Source of the DNA: Nitrospirota bacterium
GTDB taxonomy: Bacteria > Nitrospirota > UBA9217
DNA: 64,000 nt
NCBI GenBank assembly: GCA_963740085.1
Contig: CAVUCU010000005.1
Coordinates: 320,001 to 384,000, forward strand
Direction of reading: 5' to 3'
Shown piece by piece: positions 18,244 through 28,377 of this stretch. The position numbers and the translations under genes are program-made. Every line of letters starts with the position of its first letter. The first letter of the stretch is position 1. Below the pieces are notes generated by a model. The model worked only from the letters and a program-made list of their open reading frames with translations, did not search any database and was not told the origin of the DNA.

Positions 18244-19107
18244 CTATAAGCGCTCCGCCGGCTTCGTCCCGATGGTATACAGCACGCCGACATCGAGCCA
18301 GATACCCTCTTTTGTCCTCAGCGTTTCGACCTCCCGCAGATGCTCGCGCTTGAACCGCTCCTGGTCCCCCGCGGTCAGCCGGGTTACCATCCTGCGGAGG
18401 CCCGCATTCCAGACGATCTCCCACCAGTCTTCCGCGTTGTGCAGATTGTAACCCACGTTCTTTTTCCGGACGACAATGTCCCTGAGCCCCGCCTGTGAAA
18501 AGAGCTCCCTGCTGCCGGCCTCGTTCGCAATGCGCCTCCAGGCCTGCGGATGCGGCGGCACACCGTAGGCCTCGATCCGGGCAAAGAACATCTCCTTTAA
18601 GGGGTAAAAATAGCTCTCCTCAAAGCAGGTGATCATGATCCTGCCGCCGGGCCTGACCGCGGAAACAATGTGCGCAAGCTGTGCGTCCATGTCCTCGACA
18701 AAGAAGATGCCGAAGGCGCAAACAGCAATATCAAACAGGCCCGCAGGGAAGTTAAGGTTCTGCATGTCTCTTTCGAGAAACTCGACGTTGGCGATATTCA
18801 GCGCTGCCGCCTTCTTCCGCGCCCGGTCGAGCATGCCGGGGGAAAAATCCACGGCAGTCACCCTCCCCTTTTTCAATATTTTCGAGATCGCGAGTGAAGC
18901 GTGCCCTGTTCCGCATGCCACGTCCAGCACCTGCTCGTCCCCGCGCAGGCCGAGAGAGGCGGCCATATGTTCCGCGCTTGCGGGAAAAAAGCGGAGCGCC
19001 CCGCTGTCATATCCGCCGGAAACGGAGTCGAAGGTCTCTTTCAGGAGCGCTTTAAGTTGTTGCTGATCGTTCAACTGTCCTCCCGTCTTTTTTGCCATTA
19101 CCGGCAA
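18244..19107 (-). CDS. Class I SAM-dependent methyltransferase (UbiE-like)
   Basis: 'VLDVACGTG', 'VDFSPGML', 'VRPGG'. Confidence 0.85.
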   Translation of the reverse strand: MPVMAKKTGGQLNDQQQLKALLKETFDSVSGGYDSGALRFFPASAEHMAASLGLRGDEQVLDVACGTGHASLAISKILKKGRVTAVDFSPGMLDRARKKAAALNIANVEFLERDMQNLNFPAGLFDIAVCAFGIFFVEDMDAQLAHIVSAVRPGGRIMITCFEESYFYPLKEMFFARIEAYGVPPHPQAWRRIANEAGSRELFSQAGLRDIVVRKKNVGYNLHNAEDWWEIVWNAGLRRMVTRLTAGDQERFKREHLREVETLRTKEGIWLDVGVLYTIGTKPAERL

Positions 19108-19120
19108 AAATTACAACTTT

Positions 19121-19486
19121 TTATGTCACTGCTTCCCGATGAACAATATCCGGCGAGAATGCAGGCAGACACACCGCGATATACTCAGCGCCGCCGTCAT
19201 AGGGAGTGCTGTACTGGACCCATTCGCCGGCTTCTAGGATGATCGCCTGTCCTGCTGATACCTCCACCTCTTTATTCTTGAGTTTGACCTTGAGCGTTCC
19301 CCGGAGGACAACCGTGTACTCACTGAATTCCGGCGTCTGCCCCGGTTCCGACCAGCCCGCAGGACTGGTCATCCTCGCAATGCTGACCTCGGCGGTCCGC
19401 GAGTTCACTCTCCCGACAAATTCCTCGATCTGTTTGGGCGGGCTTCCTGCAGCCTGGATCACTGTGGGCTTCTGAATATAATTCAT
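19121..19486 (-). CDS. Cupin domain protein
   Basis: 'EPGQTPEFSEYTVVLRG...AGQAI...YIAVCLPAF'. Confidence 0.75.
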   Translation of the reverse strand: MNYIQKPTVIQAAGSPPKQIEEFVGRVNSRTAEVSIARMTSPAGWSEPGQTPEFSEYTVVLRGTLKVKLKNKEVEVSAGQAIILEAGEWVQYSTPYDGGAEYIAVCLPAFSPDIVHREAVT

Positions 19487-19564
19487 ATTCCCTCCTTATC
19501 AAATAAGATCAGCAGGGGCCCTTCTCGTTTGACGTCTCCGCCACCTTCCCCCGCTGGACCGTGA

Positions 19565-19987
19565 TCAGAGCTCTATTAATTCCTTCGGCGCGAAATTGGT
19601 TTTCATGGTCCAGATCGAGGCCTTGCCGTTTTTCAGCCGGTATACGGCCAGGCTTCCGTAACCGTCGCGTTCGACCCAGGGCTTCAGGAATTCCCGCTTC
19701 TGCACGATCTCCTTTTTCAGTTCCAGGTCTTCAACAAGCTCGACCTTGCCGCTCACCCGTATCTGAATAAGATCCTCGAATTTGCCGTTGTTGAAGCTCA
19801 TCTCCACGTTCGGGTTTGCCGTCAATTGCTTATGAATGTCTTTCATCTTGCCGGTGTGGAATACTATTCCGTTTTCGTCAGCCCGATAGAGATACATTCC
19901 CCGGACGTGCGGCATATTTCCTTCAACCGTCGCCAGATGGAACACGGGATTGGCGTTCAGAAAGGTCACTATTTCTGTTTTATTCAT
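19565..19987 (-). CDS. Pyridoxamine 5'-phosphate oxidase-like FMN-binding protein
   Basis: 'LATVEGNMPHVR...FHT...KQLTANPNVE...QIRVSG'. Confidence 0.8.
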   Translation of the reverse strand: MNKTEIVTFLNANPVFHLATVEGNMPHVRGMYLYRADENGIVFHTGKMKDIHKQLTANPNVEMSFNNGKFEDLIQIRVSGKVELVEDLELKKEIVQKREFLKPWVERDGYGSLAVYRLKNGKASIWTMKTNFAPKELIEL

Positions 19988-20068
19988 GATTGGATCTCCT
20001 TTCGTTCTTTTATTTACTTCGCAATGTCCCCCTCACCTCTCCGCAGCGGGAGAGGAATTTTTACCACT

Positions 20069-20962
20069 TCATTTATAGCTTTTCCCATATCTCAACTGGC
20101 CCAACAGCACCAGAACAACGCCGGACAGGATGATCGCCATGGCGATCATCTCAGTCCTGTGAAACTGCTCTCCCAGGATCCACATGCCCAACAGCACGGC
20201 AATGATCGGGTTCACATAGGCGTAACTGGTCGCGAGGGCGGGGCGTACCCTGCCGAGGAGATAGACATAGGACGTGAAACCCACCAGCGACCCGACGACC
20301 CCCAGGTACAGGACAGCGCTGATCGACCGCCAGGTCGGAACGATCGTGATCCTCTCGCCGATGGCGAAGCTGACGAGCAGAACGATTGCTCCGCCGGTGA
20401 TCATCTGGGCCGCACCGGCCATCATGCCCTTGGGAAGCCTCAGATGCTGGCTCCATGCCGAGCCGAAGGCCCAGGATATTGCCGCAAGGATGAGCAGCGC
20501 CGCACCCAGGGGACTTGTCCTGAGATCGCCCTCAAGATTGAGCACGACGATCCCGGCCAGTCCGACCAGCAGCCCGGCCCATTCGAGCCGGTTCGGCCAG
20601 CGCTTCCAGATGCCCGCGAACAGTACGGTCCAGAGCGGTGTCGTGGCGATCACGAGCGCCGCGAGGCCCGACGCCACCCATTGTTCCGCATAGGCCACGC
20701 CGGCGCTCCCTCCCAGCATGAGAAAAAAGCCGATGACCGCGGACCATAACCATTCTCGCAGGTCCGGATTGGGCGCTCCCCGCAGCCGGAGATAGATGTA
20801 GATGCCGATACCAAAAAGAAAAAAGCGGATCCCCATCAGGAAGAGCGGCGGCAGCTCATCCAATGCTATCCGGATCATGAGGTAGGTGGACCCCCAGGAG
20901 AGATAAACTGCCAGAAGCGCGAGAATGACGTTCGTTCTTCTCGATCCGTCAGATGCTGTCAT
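20069..20962 (-). CDS. EamA/DMT transporter (YedA-like)
   Basis: About 10 TM; 'WGSTY', 'SYAYVNP'. Confidence 0.88.
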   Translation of the reverse strand: MTASDGSRRTNVILALLAVYLSWGSTYLMIRIALDELPPLFLMGIRFFLFGIGIYIYLRLRGAPNPDLREWLWSAVIGFFLMLGGSAGVAYAEQWVASGLAALVIATTPLWTVLFAGIWKRWPNRLEWAGLLVGLAGIVVLNLEGDLRTSPLGAALLILAAISWAFGSAWSQHLRLPKGMMAGAAQMITGGAIVLLVSFAIGERITIVPTWRSISAVLYLGVVGSLVGFTSYVYLLGRVRPALATSYAYVNPIIAVLLGMWILGEQFHRTEMIAMAIILSGVVLVLLGQLRYGKSYK

Positions 20963-21004
20963 CGTAATTTTCTTCTCCCCTTGTACCGCTCTCGCGTACG
21001 CCTC

Positions 21005-21883
21005 TCACAATCTCCTCATCCCTTCCGGCTTCAGGAGCGCCGCGTCGCCCTCCCGTACGAATGTCCTGATCATCTCAACGGTCTTGTCGCGCTCCATCGG
21101 CATGCGGACGCGGACAGGCAGATAGTTCGAGGCATGGTTCGCGAAGAACAGACCGCGGGTCATCTCGGTGTGCTCAAGCATGTCCGCAAGTTCCGAGAGG
21201 ATGGCAAATGCCGGGGGAAGCCTGAACATGCCCTTCTCCTGAAGATCATAAAGAAGAGTTCCTTTCACCACCATGATCGTAAGAGCGCCCACATAATCGG
21301 GATCGATGGCGGAAAGCAGCTTTCCGGTCAAACGCGCGTGTCTTTCGCTCCTGTCGGGCCCGCCGATCCCGAGCAGGACCGTGACCGAAAGCTTGATGCC
21401 CGCATCCCTGACGCGTCGGCCGGCCTCGATCATCTCCGCGGAGGTCGCGCCCTTTTTCATCCAGGCAAGCAGTTCGTCATCCCCGCTCTCAATGCCGAGG
21501 TACAGGATGCCGAGCCCGGCTTCCCGGAGCTGCCGTAATTCCCCGGCCGATCTGGCCAGGATGTTCCTGGTGTTCGCATACATGCCGATCCGCTGGAGCC
21601 GGGGGAACGAAGCGTGGAGGAGCGAGAAGAGCGCAAGCAGGTCATGAAAGGGGGCAGCGAGCGCGTCGCCGTCTGCAAGGAAGACCCGCCGCGTGTCAGC
21701 ACATCCCGGCAGACAGGAGCGAATGTCCTGTTCCATACGGGTGAGGCTGCGAACGCGGAATTGCTTCTGTTTGTACGCGGGGCAGAAGATGCACTGGTTG
21801 TGGGAGCACCCGATCGTGTACTGGAGGATCAGGCTTGCGGCCTCGCTGGGGGGCCGTATGACGATTCCTTCATATTCAGGCAT
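21005..21883 (-). CDS. Radical SAM protein
   Basis: CxxxCxxC (CSHNQCIFC), 'RPPSEA', 'FLADGDAL', 'NHASNY'. Confidence 0.85.
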   Translation of the reverse strand: MPEYEGIVIRPPSEAASLILQYTIGCSHNQCIFCPAYKQKQFRVRSLTRMEQDIRSCLPGCADTRRVFLADGDALAAPFHDLLALFSLLHASFPRLQRIGMYANTRNILARSAGELRQLREAGLGILYLGIESGDDELLAWMKKGATSAEMIEAGRRVRDAGIKLSVTVLLGIGGPDRSERHARLTGKLLSAIDPDYVGALTIMVVKGTLLYDLQEKGMFRLPPAFAILSELADMLEHTEMTRGLFFANHASNYLPVRVRMPMERDKTVEMIRTFVREGDAALLKPEGMRRL

Positions 21884-22029
21884 GGGTTTTCTCCAGGGAA
21901 GTAACGTAAGATTACCGCAAAGCTGATTGGGACGCAAAGAAAATATTTGGTTGTGTCAGGGAGGCCTGATAAGATGTTGCAAGGGAAATAATCCGAGAAA
22001 CAGCGTTGCTGAGTTTGCAAAAAAAGAAA

Positions 22030-22120
22030 TTTCACACGGAGCCGCAAAGATTCATGAAGAAACACGTTTGGAATTAACGATGTTCCCCTTCGTGACTTCG
22101 TGTCTTCGTGTGAGACAGGA
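22030..22120. repeat. Family A hairpin element
   Basis: tcacacggagccgcaaagattcatgaag ... cttcgtgacttcgtgtcttcgtgtga. Confidence 0.6.
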
Positions 22121-22162
22121 CTTTTTGCGACTTTATCAACATTTCTGTGTTAAAATGCCGGC

Positions 22163-22504
22163 ATGAAAGAACCTGATTCCAGGTTGGTCTATTCGACGGA
22201 GCACACAGTCCCGAGGAAGGAGAAGCGGGCTGATCGCAATACCACGTCAGCTGCTGCTCCTGCAAAACGCAGGACGATCGTACGGCTCGACCGGAAGGGC
22301 AGGGGCGGCAAGACTGTCACGGCAATTGAGGGTCTTCAGCTTTCGGGTGCAGACAGCGAAAAACTCCTGAAACAATTAAAGGCAAAACTCGGTACCGGAG
22401 GAACCGTTAAGAACGGATCGCTGGAAATCCAGGGTGACCATTGCGATGCGGTCATGACCGAGTTATCCAGAATTGGCCACCTGCCGAAGCGTTCTAGCGG
22501 ATAA
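22163..22504 (+). CDS. yciH: SUI1/YciH translation factor
   Basis: 'RKGRGGKTVT...LKAKLGTGGTVK...EIQGDH'. Confidence 0.85.
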   Translation: MKEPDSRLVYSTEHTVPRKEKRADRNTTSAAAPAKRRTIVRLDRKGRGGKTVTAIEGLQLSGADSEKLLKQLKAKLGTGGTVKNGSLEIQGDHCDAVMTELSRIGHLPKRSSG

Positions 22505-22505
22505 C

Positions 22506-22535
22506 ACCGGTAAGGTGATGCCTCACCTTACCGGT
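22506..22535. terminator. Perfect 13-bp hairpin between convergent genes
   Basis: ACCGGTAAGGTGA-tgcc-TCACCTTACCGGT. Confidence 0.6.
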
Positions 22536-22635
22536 TGAGGATAAGCAGGTACCTTGAGAGATCCGCGCAAAGAGCACACTGGCGTAGAATCAATGTGCAA
22601 GTCCATTTCGGTCACTACGTCCCCTTCGCCGTCCT

Positions 22636-22893
22636 TTAACGGCCCCTGTCGTGCCGGTCATCGTGCTCATGTCTGTACTTCTTATGCTTCTTATGCTTCT
22701 TCTCGCGCCTGTAATCTCGTCTGTCCCGGTGCTGGCCCTCGATCACCACAACGCCCGGCGGGGGCGGGGGCAGAAGTAACGGCGGGGGCGGAGGAAGCGG
22801 GGGGGCCGGTAAGCCGGCGTTGCCGACAACGGGTAACAGGAACAGTGAAGCAATGATCATGAAAGCTGCGGCAGTGAAGAGCGGTCTTTTCAT
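22636..22893 (-). CDS. Small exported proline-rich protein with His/Lys/Arg-rich tail
   Basis: Signal peptide, poly-Pro tract, AAGGAG RBS. Confidence 0.6.
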   Translation of the reverse strand: MKRPLFTAAAFMIIASLFLLPVVGNAGLPAPPLPPPPPLLLPPPPPGVVVIEGQHRDRRDYRREKKHKKHKKYRHEHDDRHDRGR

Positions 22894-23231
22894 AAAATTC
22901 TCCTTGAAGGTTATGCTGTTTTGTTCTGGTGCCTGATTATAGAGTATTTCAACTATTGTGCCAAGTGTTAATTGCGGATTCCGCGCACGCTCGATATTGA
23001 TCGTATTGAATAAAGGTTGACATCGGGGGATGCTATGAAGGAATAGCCGTCAAGAGAACCGTCATACGCGGCAGAACTATTAAAGGTGACGGCCTCAACG
23101 AGAGCTGCTCCGGGCTCAGGCGGACCATAGGTACTCCCCGCTTTCCCCTGGCGCCCTGTTCTGTTATAATGATTATGAAAGCATGCCCCTCATTTTATTC
23201 AAATCTCGCTGCAAAATAACCGGAGAACCTC

Positions 23232-25901
23232 ATGCCCGACGAACAGAACCTGAAACAGCACAAGACCATCTATCTCAAAGACTATGCCCCGCCCGATTAC
23301 CTCATTGAAACAACGATGCTCGAGTTCGACCTTGACGGGACGCAGACGCGGGTCAAATCACTTCTTACTATCGTCTCCAATCACGACCGGAGCGCGGGGC
23401 TCCGTCCGCTCGTGCTGAACCACGGCGACCTCCCGCTCAAGGCGATACGGCTCGACGGACGGCCGCTGTCTGAGCAGGAATATGTGCGTGACGCTGCATT
23501 GCTTACGATACCGGTTTTGCCGGAACGATGTTCACTTGAGATAGAGACCGAGATCAATCCGCGGGACAATACGGAACTCTCGGGCCTGTTCATGTCAGGC
23601 AGCGGGTTCTTCACCCAGTGCGAGGCGGAGGGTTTTCGCAAGATCACTTATTATATCGACAGGCCCGATGTGATGGCGCGGTTCTTCATCACCATTATTG
23701 CGGACAAAGCGAAAGTTCCCGTACTCCTCTCGAACGGAAACCTGATCGGGAGCGGCGAGATGAAAGACGGCAGGCACTTCGCCAAGTGGCACGACCCCTT
23801 TCCGAAGCCGGCCTACCTCTTTGCCCTCGTCGCAGGCAACCTCGCCCGCATCGAAGACAGGTTCACGACCATGTCGGGCCGCGACGTGACGCTGCACATC
23901 TACGTGCAGCACCATAATAAGGACAAGTGCGATCATGCCATGGATTCGCTTAAGAAGGCGATGAAGTGGGACGAGGAGACCTACGGCAGGGAATACGACC
24001 TCGATATCTTCATGATCGTGGCAACGGACGACTTCAACATGGGCGCCATGGAGAACAAGGGCCTGAACGTTTTCAATTCCAAGTACGTGCTCGCGAAAGC
24101 GGAGACCGCGACGGACGGCGACTTTCAGGGCATCCTGGGCGTCGTGGGCCACGAGTACTTTCACAACTGGTCCGGCGACCGCGTGACCTGCAGAGACTGG
24201 TTCCAGCTCTCGCTCAAGGAAGGCTTCACCGTGTTCCGGGACCAGCAGTTCATGGAAGACATGACCTCCCCCGGCGTACAGAGGATCAACGACGTGAACA
24301 TCCTGCGCAGCCACCAGTTCCGCGAGGACAGCGGGCCCATGGCCCACCCGGTCAGGCCGGAGTCCTACGTCGAGATCAATAACTTCTACACCCTGACCGT
24401 GTACAACAAGGGCGCCGAGGTGATCCGCATGATGAGGGCCATCCTTGGTCCAACGGGTTTCAGGAAGGGCACAGACCTCTATTTCTCGCGCCATGACGGG
24501 CAGGCGGTCACGACCGATGATTTCGTAAAGGCCATGGAAGACGCAACGGGCGCCGACCTCTCCCAGTTCAAGCTCTGGTACTCGCAGGCCGGGACCCCGG
24601 AACTCAGTGTCAGCCGCTTCTATGACCAGAAGGCCATGACGTATACCCTGACATGCAAACAAACCTGCCCGCCGACACCGGGCCAGCCCGAGAAAAAACC
24701 GTTTCACATTCCCGTTGCCCTGGGACTGCTCGGGAAGGATGGCAGAGAAATAATGCTGAACCAGCTTTTCGCCCCCAAGGGGGGCTCAGAGAGCTGTGAG
24801 GGAACAACGGTCCTTGAACTGATGAATACCGAGGAAACTTTCGTATTTACCAACATTCCCGAACAACCTGTCCCTTCGGTCCTGCGCGGGTTCTCTGCGC
24901 CGGTGAAGGTAATGCTCGATCTCACTGACGATGAGCGGTTGTTCCTGATGGCGAATGATCCCGATGAGTTCAACCGATGGGACGCGGGCCAGCAACTTGC
25001 GGTGAAGCTCATCCTTAAGCTCATCACGGACCTTCAGGAAGGAAACACGCTGACGCTCGACCAGTCATTTATTGCCGCGTTCAAGAAAACGCTCGAGAGC
25101 TCCATGCAGGACAAGGCATTTCAGGCCTTCGCGCTCGCGCTCCCCGGAGAGACCTATCTCGCGGACTTCATGGAAGTGATCGATCCAGCGGCCATCCACG
25201 AGGCGAGACAATTCGTGCAGAAGAGCCTGGCGGCGGAACTCAAGGTGCCGTTCCTTGACGTGTATCACCGGAACCAGGACACCGGGCCGTATCGCCATGA
25301 CCAGGAGGCGATCGGCCGAAGGAGCCTGAAGAACATCTGCCTGGCCTATCTCGCGGAACTCGAAGACGAAGACAGCCGCGCCCTTTGCATGGAGCAATTC
25401 AAAACAGGCGGGAACATGACCGACGTGGTAACGGCCCTCGCGAACCTGTCAAATATCGACTGCCCGGAGCGGAGCGCGGCGCTCGCAGCGTTCTACGGGA
25501 AATGGAAGGACGACCCGCTCGTCATGGACAAGTGGCTTTCGATCCAGGCCATGTCGGGACTGCCGTTTGCGCTCGATATTGTCAAGGCACTCACGCGCCA
25601 TTCAGCCTTCAACATAAAGAATCCGAACAAGGTCCGCGCCCTGATCGGCGCGTTTTCCCAGGGAAACCCTGTACGGTTCCACGATCCGGACGGGGCGGGG
25701 TACGTCTTCCTGGCCGATCACATCCTTGTCATCGATCCCATGAACCCCCAGATCGCGGCCCGTCTCGTGAACCCCTTCACGCTCTGGAACCGGTACGACG
25801 AAAAACGCAAGGCCCTGATGAAGGCGCAGCTTGAAAGGATCTTAAACGCGCCGAGGCTTTCCAGGGATACGCATGAAGTTGTTTCGAAGAGTCTTGTTTG
25901 A
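23232..25901 (+). CDS. pepN: Aminopeptidase N (M1)
   Basis: GAMEN and HEYFH motifs; 'NPNKVRAL'. Confidence 0.96.
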   Translation: MPDEQNLKQHKTIYLKDYAPPDYLIETTMLEFDLDGTQTRVKSLLTIVSNHDRSAGLRPLVLNHGDLPLKAIRLDGRPLSEQEYVRDAALLTIPVLPERCSLEIETEINPRDNTELSGLFMSGSGFFTQCEAEGFRKITYYIDRPDVMARFFITIIADKAKVPVLLSNGNLIGSGEMKDGRHFAKWHDPFPKPAYLFALVAGNLARIEDRFTTMSGRDVTLHIYVQHHNKDKCDHAMDSLKKAMKWDEETYGREYDLDIFMIVATDDFNMGAMENKGLNVFNSKYVLAKAETATDGDFQGILGVVGHEYFHNWSGDRVTCRDWFQLSLKEGFTVFRDQQFMEDMTSPGVQRINDVNILRSHQFREDSGPMAHPVRPESYVEINNFYTLTVYNKGAEVIRMMRAILGPTGFRKGTDLYFSRHDGQAVTTDDFVKAMEDATGADLSQFKLWYSQAGTPELSVSRFYDQKAMTYTLTCKQTCPPTPGQPEKKPFHIPVALGLLGKDGREIMLNQLFAPKGGSESCEGTTVLELMNTEETFVFTNIPEQPVPSVLRGFSAPVKVMLDLTDDERLFLMANDPDEFNRWDAGQQLAVKLILKLITDLQEGNTLTLDQSFIAAFKKTLESSMQDKAFQAFALALPGETYLADFMEVIDPAAIHEARQFVQKSLAAELKVPFLDVYHRNQDTGPYRHDQEAIGRRSLKNICLAYLAELEDEDSRALCMEQFKTGGNMTDVVTALANLSNIDCPERSAALAAFYGKWKDDPLVMDKWLSIQAMSGLPFALDIVKALTRHSAFNIKNPNKVRALIGAFSQGNPVRFHDPDGAGYVFLADHILVIDPMNPQIAARLVNPFTLWNRYDEKRKALMKAQLERILNAPRLSRDTHEVVSKSLV

Positions 25902-25920
25902 CCAAAGTGGCAGGAATATT

Positions 25921-26105
25921 TTTCGCAGAGACGCAGAGTTCGCGGAGAAAAAATATTTGATGCGGGTTTGCAGGTTGTTGAGAAGCTATTTTACCGGTCT
26001 TTGCAAGCGAAGCAATCTCAAGAGGACTATCATGTTATATTTAAACTCTGCGGCCTCAGCGTGCTCTGCGAGAGACGCTTTTTGCTCGCGGTTTGTCCGG
26101 TTCAT
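25921..26105. repeat. Family A hairpin element
   Basis: tcgcagagacgcagagttcgcggag ... ctctgcggcctcagcgtgctctgcga, plus a degenerate end motif. Confidence 0.7.
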
Positions 26106-26111
26106 ATTGAC

Positions 26112-26315
26112 TCAGAATCTCACGAAATACGGCAGCGCCATGAGCGAGACGCCGATCAACAGGCTGAACCATACGTTGGAGACAAAATAGGGAAAGACCA
26201 TCAGTCCGATGCCGGAAAGAAGCGCTGCGAACCGCTGTTGTCTCTTTCCATACACAAAGTAACCAAGGCCGATCGAGCCGTACAAAAGACCCCAGAGTAA
26301 TGTTGAGCTGTCCAT
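26112..26315 (-). CDS. Small membrane protein
   Basis: MDSSTLLWGLLYGSIGLGYFVYGKRQ...; AGGA RBS. Confidence 0.65.
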   Translation of the reverse strand: MDSSTLLWGLLYGSIGLGYFVYGKRQQRFAALLSGIGLMVFPYFVSNVWFSLLIGVSLMALPYFVRF

Positions 26316-26326
26316 GGCCTGTCCTT

Positions 26327-27091
26327 TTACTTTTTCCCGTACCCGTGATCCGGCGGCAAGCCGCCGCGCCGCGTCTGTTCCACGGCCAGGGCGTCGCATT
26401 TCTCGTTCTCCGGATTGCCGTCGTGGCCCCTCACCCAGGAAAATCTCACGGTATGCTTTTCGCACAGATCGAGCAGCCGCGACCAGAGATCGCTGTTCTC
26501 GGCCATTTCATCCTTGTTTCGCATCCAGTCGTTCTTTTTCCAACGGCGGGCCCACCCTTTTTCGATCCCGTTGACGACATATGACGAGTCGCTGTAAATA
26601 ACGACCGAAGAGGTCCGCTCGAGCGCCTCGAGGCCTTTTATGCAGGCCGTCAATTCCATGCGGTTGTTGGTCGTCCGCGCGAAGCCGCCTGAAAGTTCCC
26701 TTCTGCTGCCGCATTCGAACACCACCACACCGTACCCGCCCGGCCCCGGGTTCCTGCTGCACCCGCCGTCGGAGTAGATGACCACGTCCCCTGACGTCTC
26801 TTCTGTCCGATGATGCGCTGGGATTTTTGCGACCGGCTTCGACGGACGGCGGGACTTCCCGGGGGTGATGGTTTTTTCAACGAAAGGAAATAACTCTTGC
26901 TGGTGTTTATCGTTTGCCTTCGCGGACATTTCCTCGAACCACGCCTTCGCTTCTCCGCGGGACGCGAACCCTTTGTATACGGCGCCGGGAAACCCCTTTA
27001 TCTGCGCTTCCCCGCCAAGGGCGCCGGACCACTCTTCGTATATCCCCGGTTTGCGGCCTTTGTATATTGCGTATGATTTTTTCTTCGCCAT
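26327..27091 (-). CDS. rnhA: Ribonuclease HI with N-terminal hybrid-binding (viroplasmin-like) domain
   Basis: 'YAIYKGRKPGIY..W...YKGF' plus 'YSDGGCSRNPGPGG', 'TTNNRMEL', 'WVRGH..NE.CD'. Confidence 0.92.
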   Translation of the reverse strand: MAKKKSYAIYKGRKPGIYEEWSGALGGEAQIKGFPGAVYKGFASRGEAKAWFEEMSAKANDKHQQELFPFVEKTITPGKSRRPSKPVAKIPAHHRTEETSGDVVIYSDGGCSRNPGPGGYGVVVFECGSRRELSGGFARTTNNRMELTACIKGLEALERTSSVVIYSDSSYVVNGIEKGWARRWKKNDWMRNKDEMAENSDLWSRLLDLCEKHTVRFSWVRGHDGNPENEKCDALAVEQTRRGGLPPDHGYGKK

Positions 27092-27107
27092 CGGGTTCTG
27101 TCGTTCC

Positions 27108-27404
27108 CTACTGCAGTCTCGCCCGGCATTTTTTGCAGGTCCGCCTGTTGATATCCGCGCCCATGTATTTTCCGCAGGAAGGGCATATCCAGTTCACGGA
27201 GGTAAAGACCATGTACGAGGCGATGATAACGACCTGGGCCCCGAAGAGCGTGCTTTTTGAAAATTCACCAAAGAGATCCGGACGCTTATAGATGACCGCA
27301 CACAAGAGAATGGTAAAAAGCGCCGCTGCAATCGCGATGAATTGCCGGGACTGGCGTGCCCGGAACTCCGCTATGATCTGTTTAGGGTCTTTTCTTTGCG
27401 CCAT
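27108..27404 (-). CDS. Small 2-TM protein with C-terminal zinc ribbon
   Basis: CPSC...CKKC. Confidence 0.6.
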   Translation of the reverse strand: MAQRKDPKQIIAEFRARQSRQFIAIAAALFTILLCAVIYKRPDLFGEFSKSTLFGAQVVIIASYMVFTSVNWICPSCGKYMGADINRRTCKKCRARLQ

Positions 27405-27525
27405 GGAACGTTCCCCTTTAACTCAAGTTTTTATCCCAGCCAGGCTGAACGGGAAGAAGTCCGTTGAAAGACTTTCCCGATATATCACGTCTGATAATCC
27501 TTATAGCCCTGAGAAAATCCAGTCT

Positions 27526-27605
27526 ACCGCGGAGACGCCGAGACGCTGGAAATGACACTTTCAGGATTCCAAGGTTTTCTCCGCGCCCTCAGTGGCTCTG
27601 CGGTT
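27526..27605. repeat. Family A hairpin element
   Basis: accgcggagacgccgagacgc ... ctccgcgccctcagtggctctgcggt. Confidence 0.65.
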
Positions 27606-27617
27606 AAATATGACTTC

Positions 27618-28109
27618 TTACGCTTGCTTGCCGCAGCACTTCTTGAATTTCCTTCCGCTGCCGCAGGGGCAGGGGTCATTGCGGCCGGTCTTGGGTGCTG
27701 CGCGTACCACAGGCTTCGGCATGGTCTTCCCGGTGGTAAAGAACCAGACGCCGTTTTCCTTCTTGAACGTGGAAAGCTCGTGGTGTTCCTGTTTGTGCCC
27801 CTTCTCGACATAGGTCGCCACGAATTCGACCTGTCCTTCGTTATCATCCGGTCCCCCGGCGATCGCGTTGACTATCTTGATCCCCTTCCACTCCGCACCC
27901 TCGACCCAGGCCCGGGTGCTCTGTTCGTCATAATCCGACCGGTGTGCGGGATGCAGGGAGGAGAGAATGTATTCGAGCTCTTTCTTCACGAATGCGCTGT
28001 AACGGGAACGCATCAGCTGTTCCGCGGTCGCTGCGCTGCGCTCGCCTTTTATCAGCGGCCGGCAGCATTCCGCATAAGCACTGTTGGAACCGCAGGGACA
28101 GAGGTCCAT
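27618..28109 (-). CDS. YchJ family SEC-C motif protein
   Basis: 'CPCGS...CC', 'LMRSRYSAF', C-terminal '[18 protein letters not shown]'. Confidence 0.9.
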   Translation of the reverse strand: MDLCPCGSNSAYAECCRPLIKGERSAATAEQLMRSRYSAFVKKELEYILSSLHPAHRSDYDEQSTRAWVEGAEWKGIKIVNAIAGGPDDNEGQVEFVATYVEKGHKQEHHELSTFKKENGVWFFTTGKTMPKPVVRAAPKTGRNDPCPCGSGRKFKKCCGKQA

Positions 28110-28377
28110 GTTTTTCTCCTGGGAAGTTCTTGAAAAAGTCCGTATCGTAAAGCGGTTTTATCATACGAAAAACAGCGACAATGCGCAACTGGAAAAGGAA
28201 CACGCCGGAAACAAAGGAACCTCCAGCCGGTAATTTTGCATTGATTATGGGCGGGTCAATGTGCTATATTTCCCGGTGCCTGAAAAAATGTCGGCAGGCA
28301 TGCGTTTTTCCGGCCACTTTGCCTCACGGGCAAACGTTTGCTGTGTCGATGTATCATAACACCCGAGGTCAAAACCT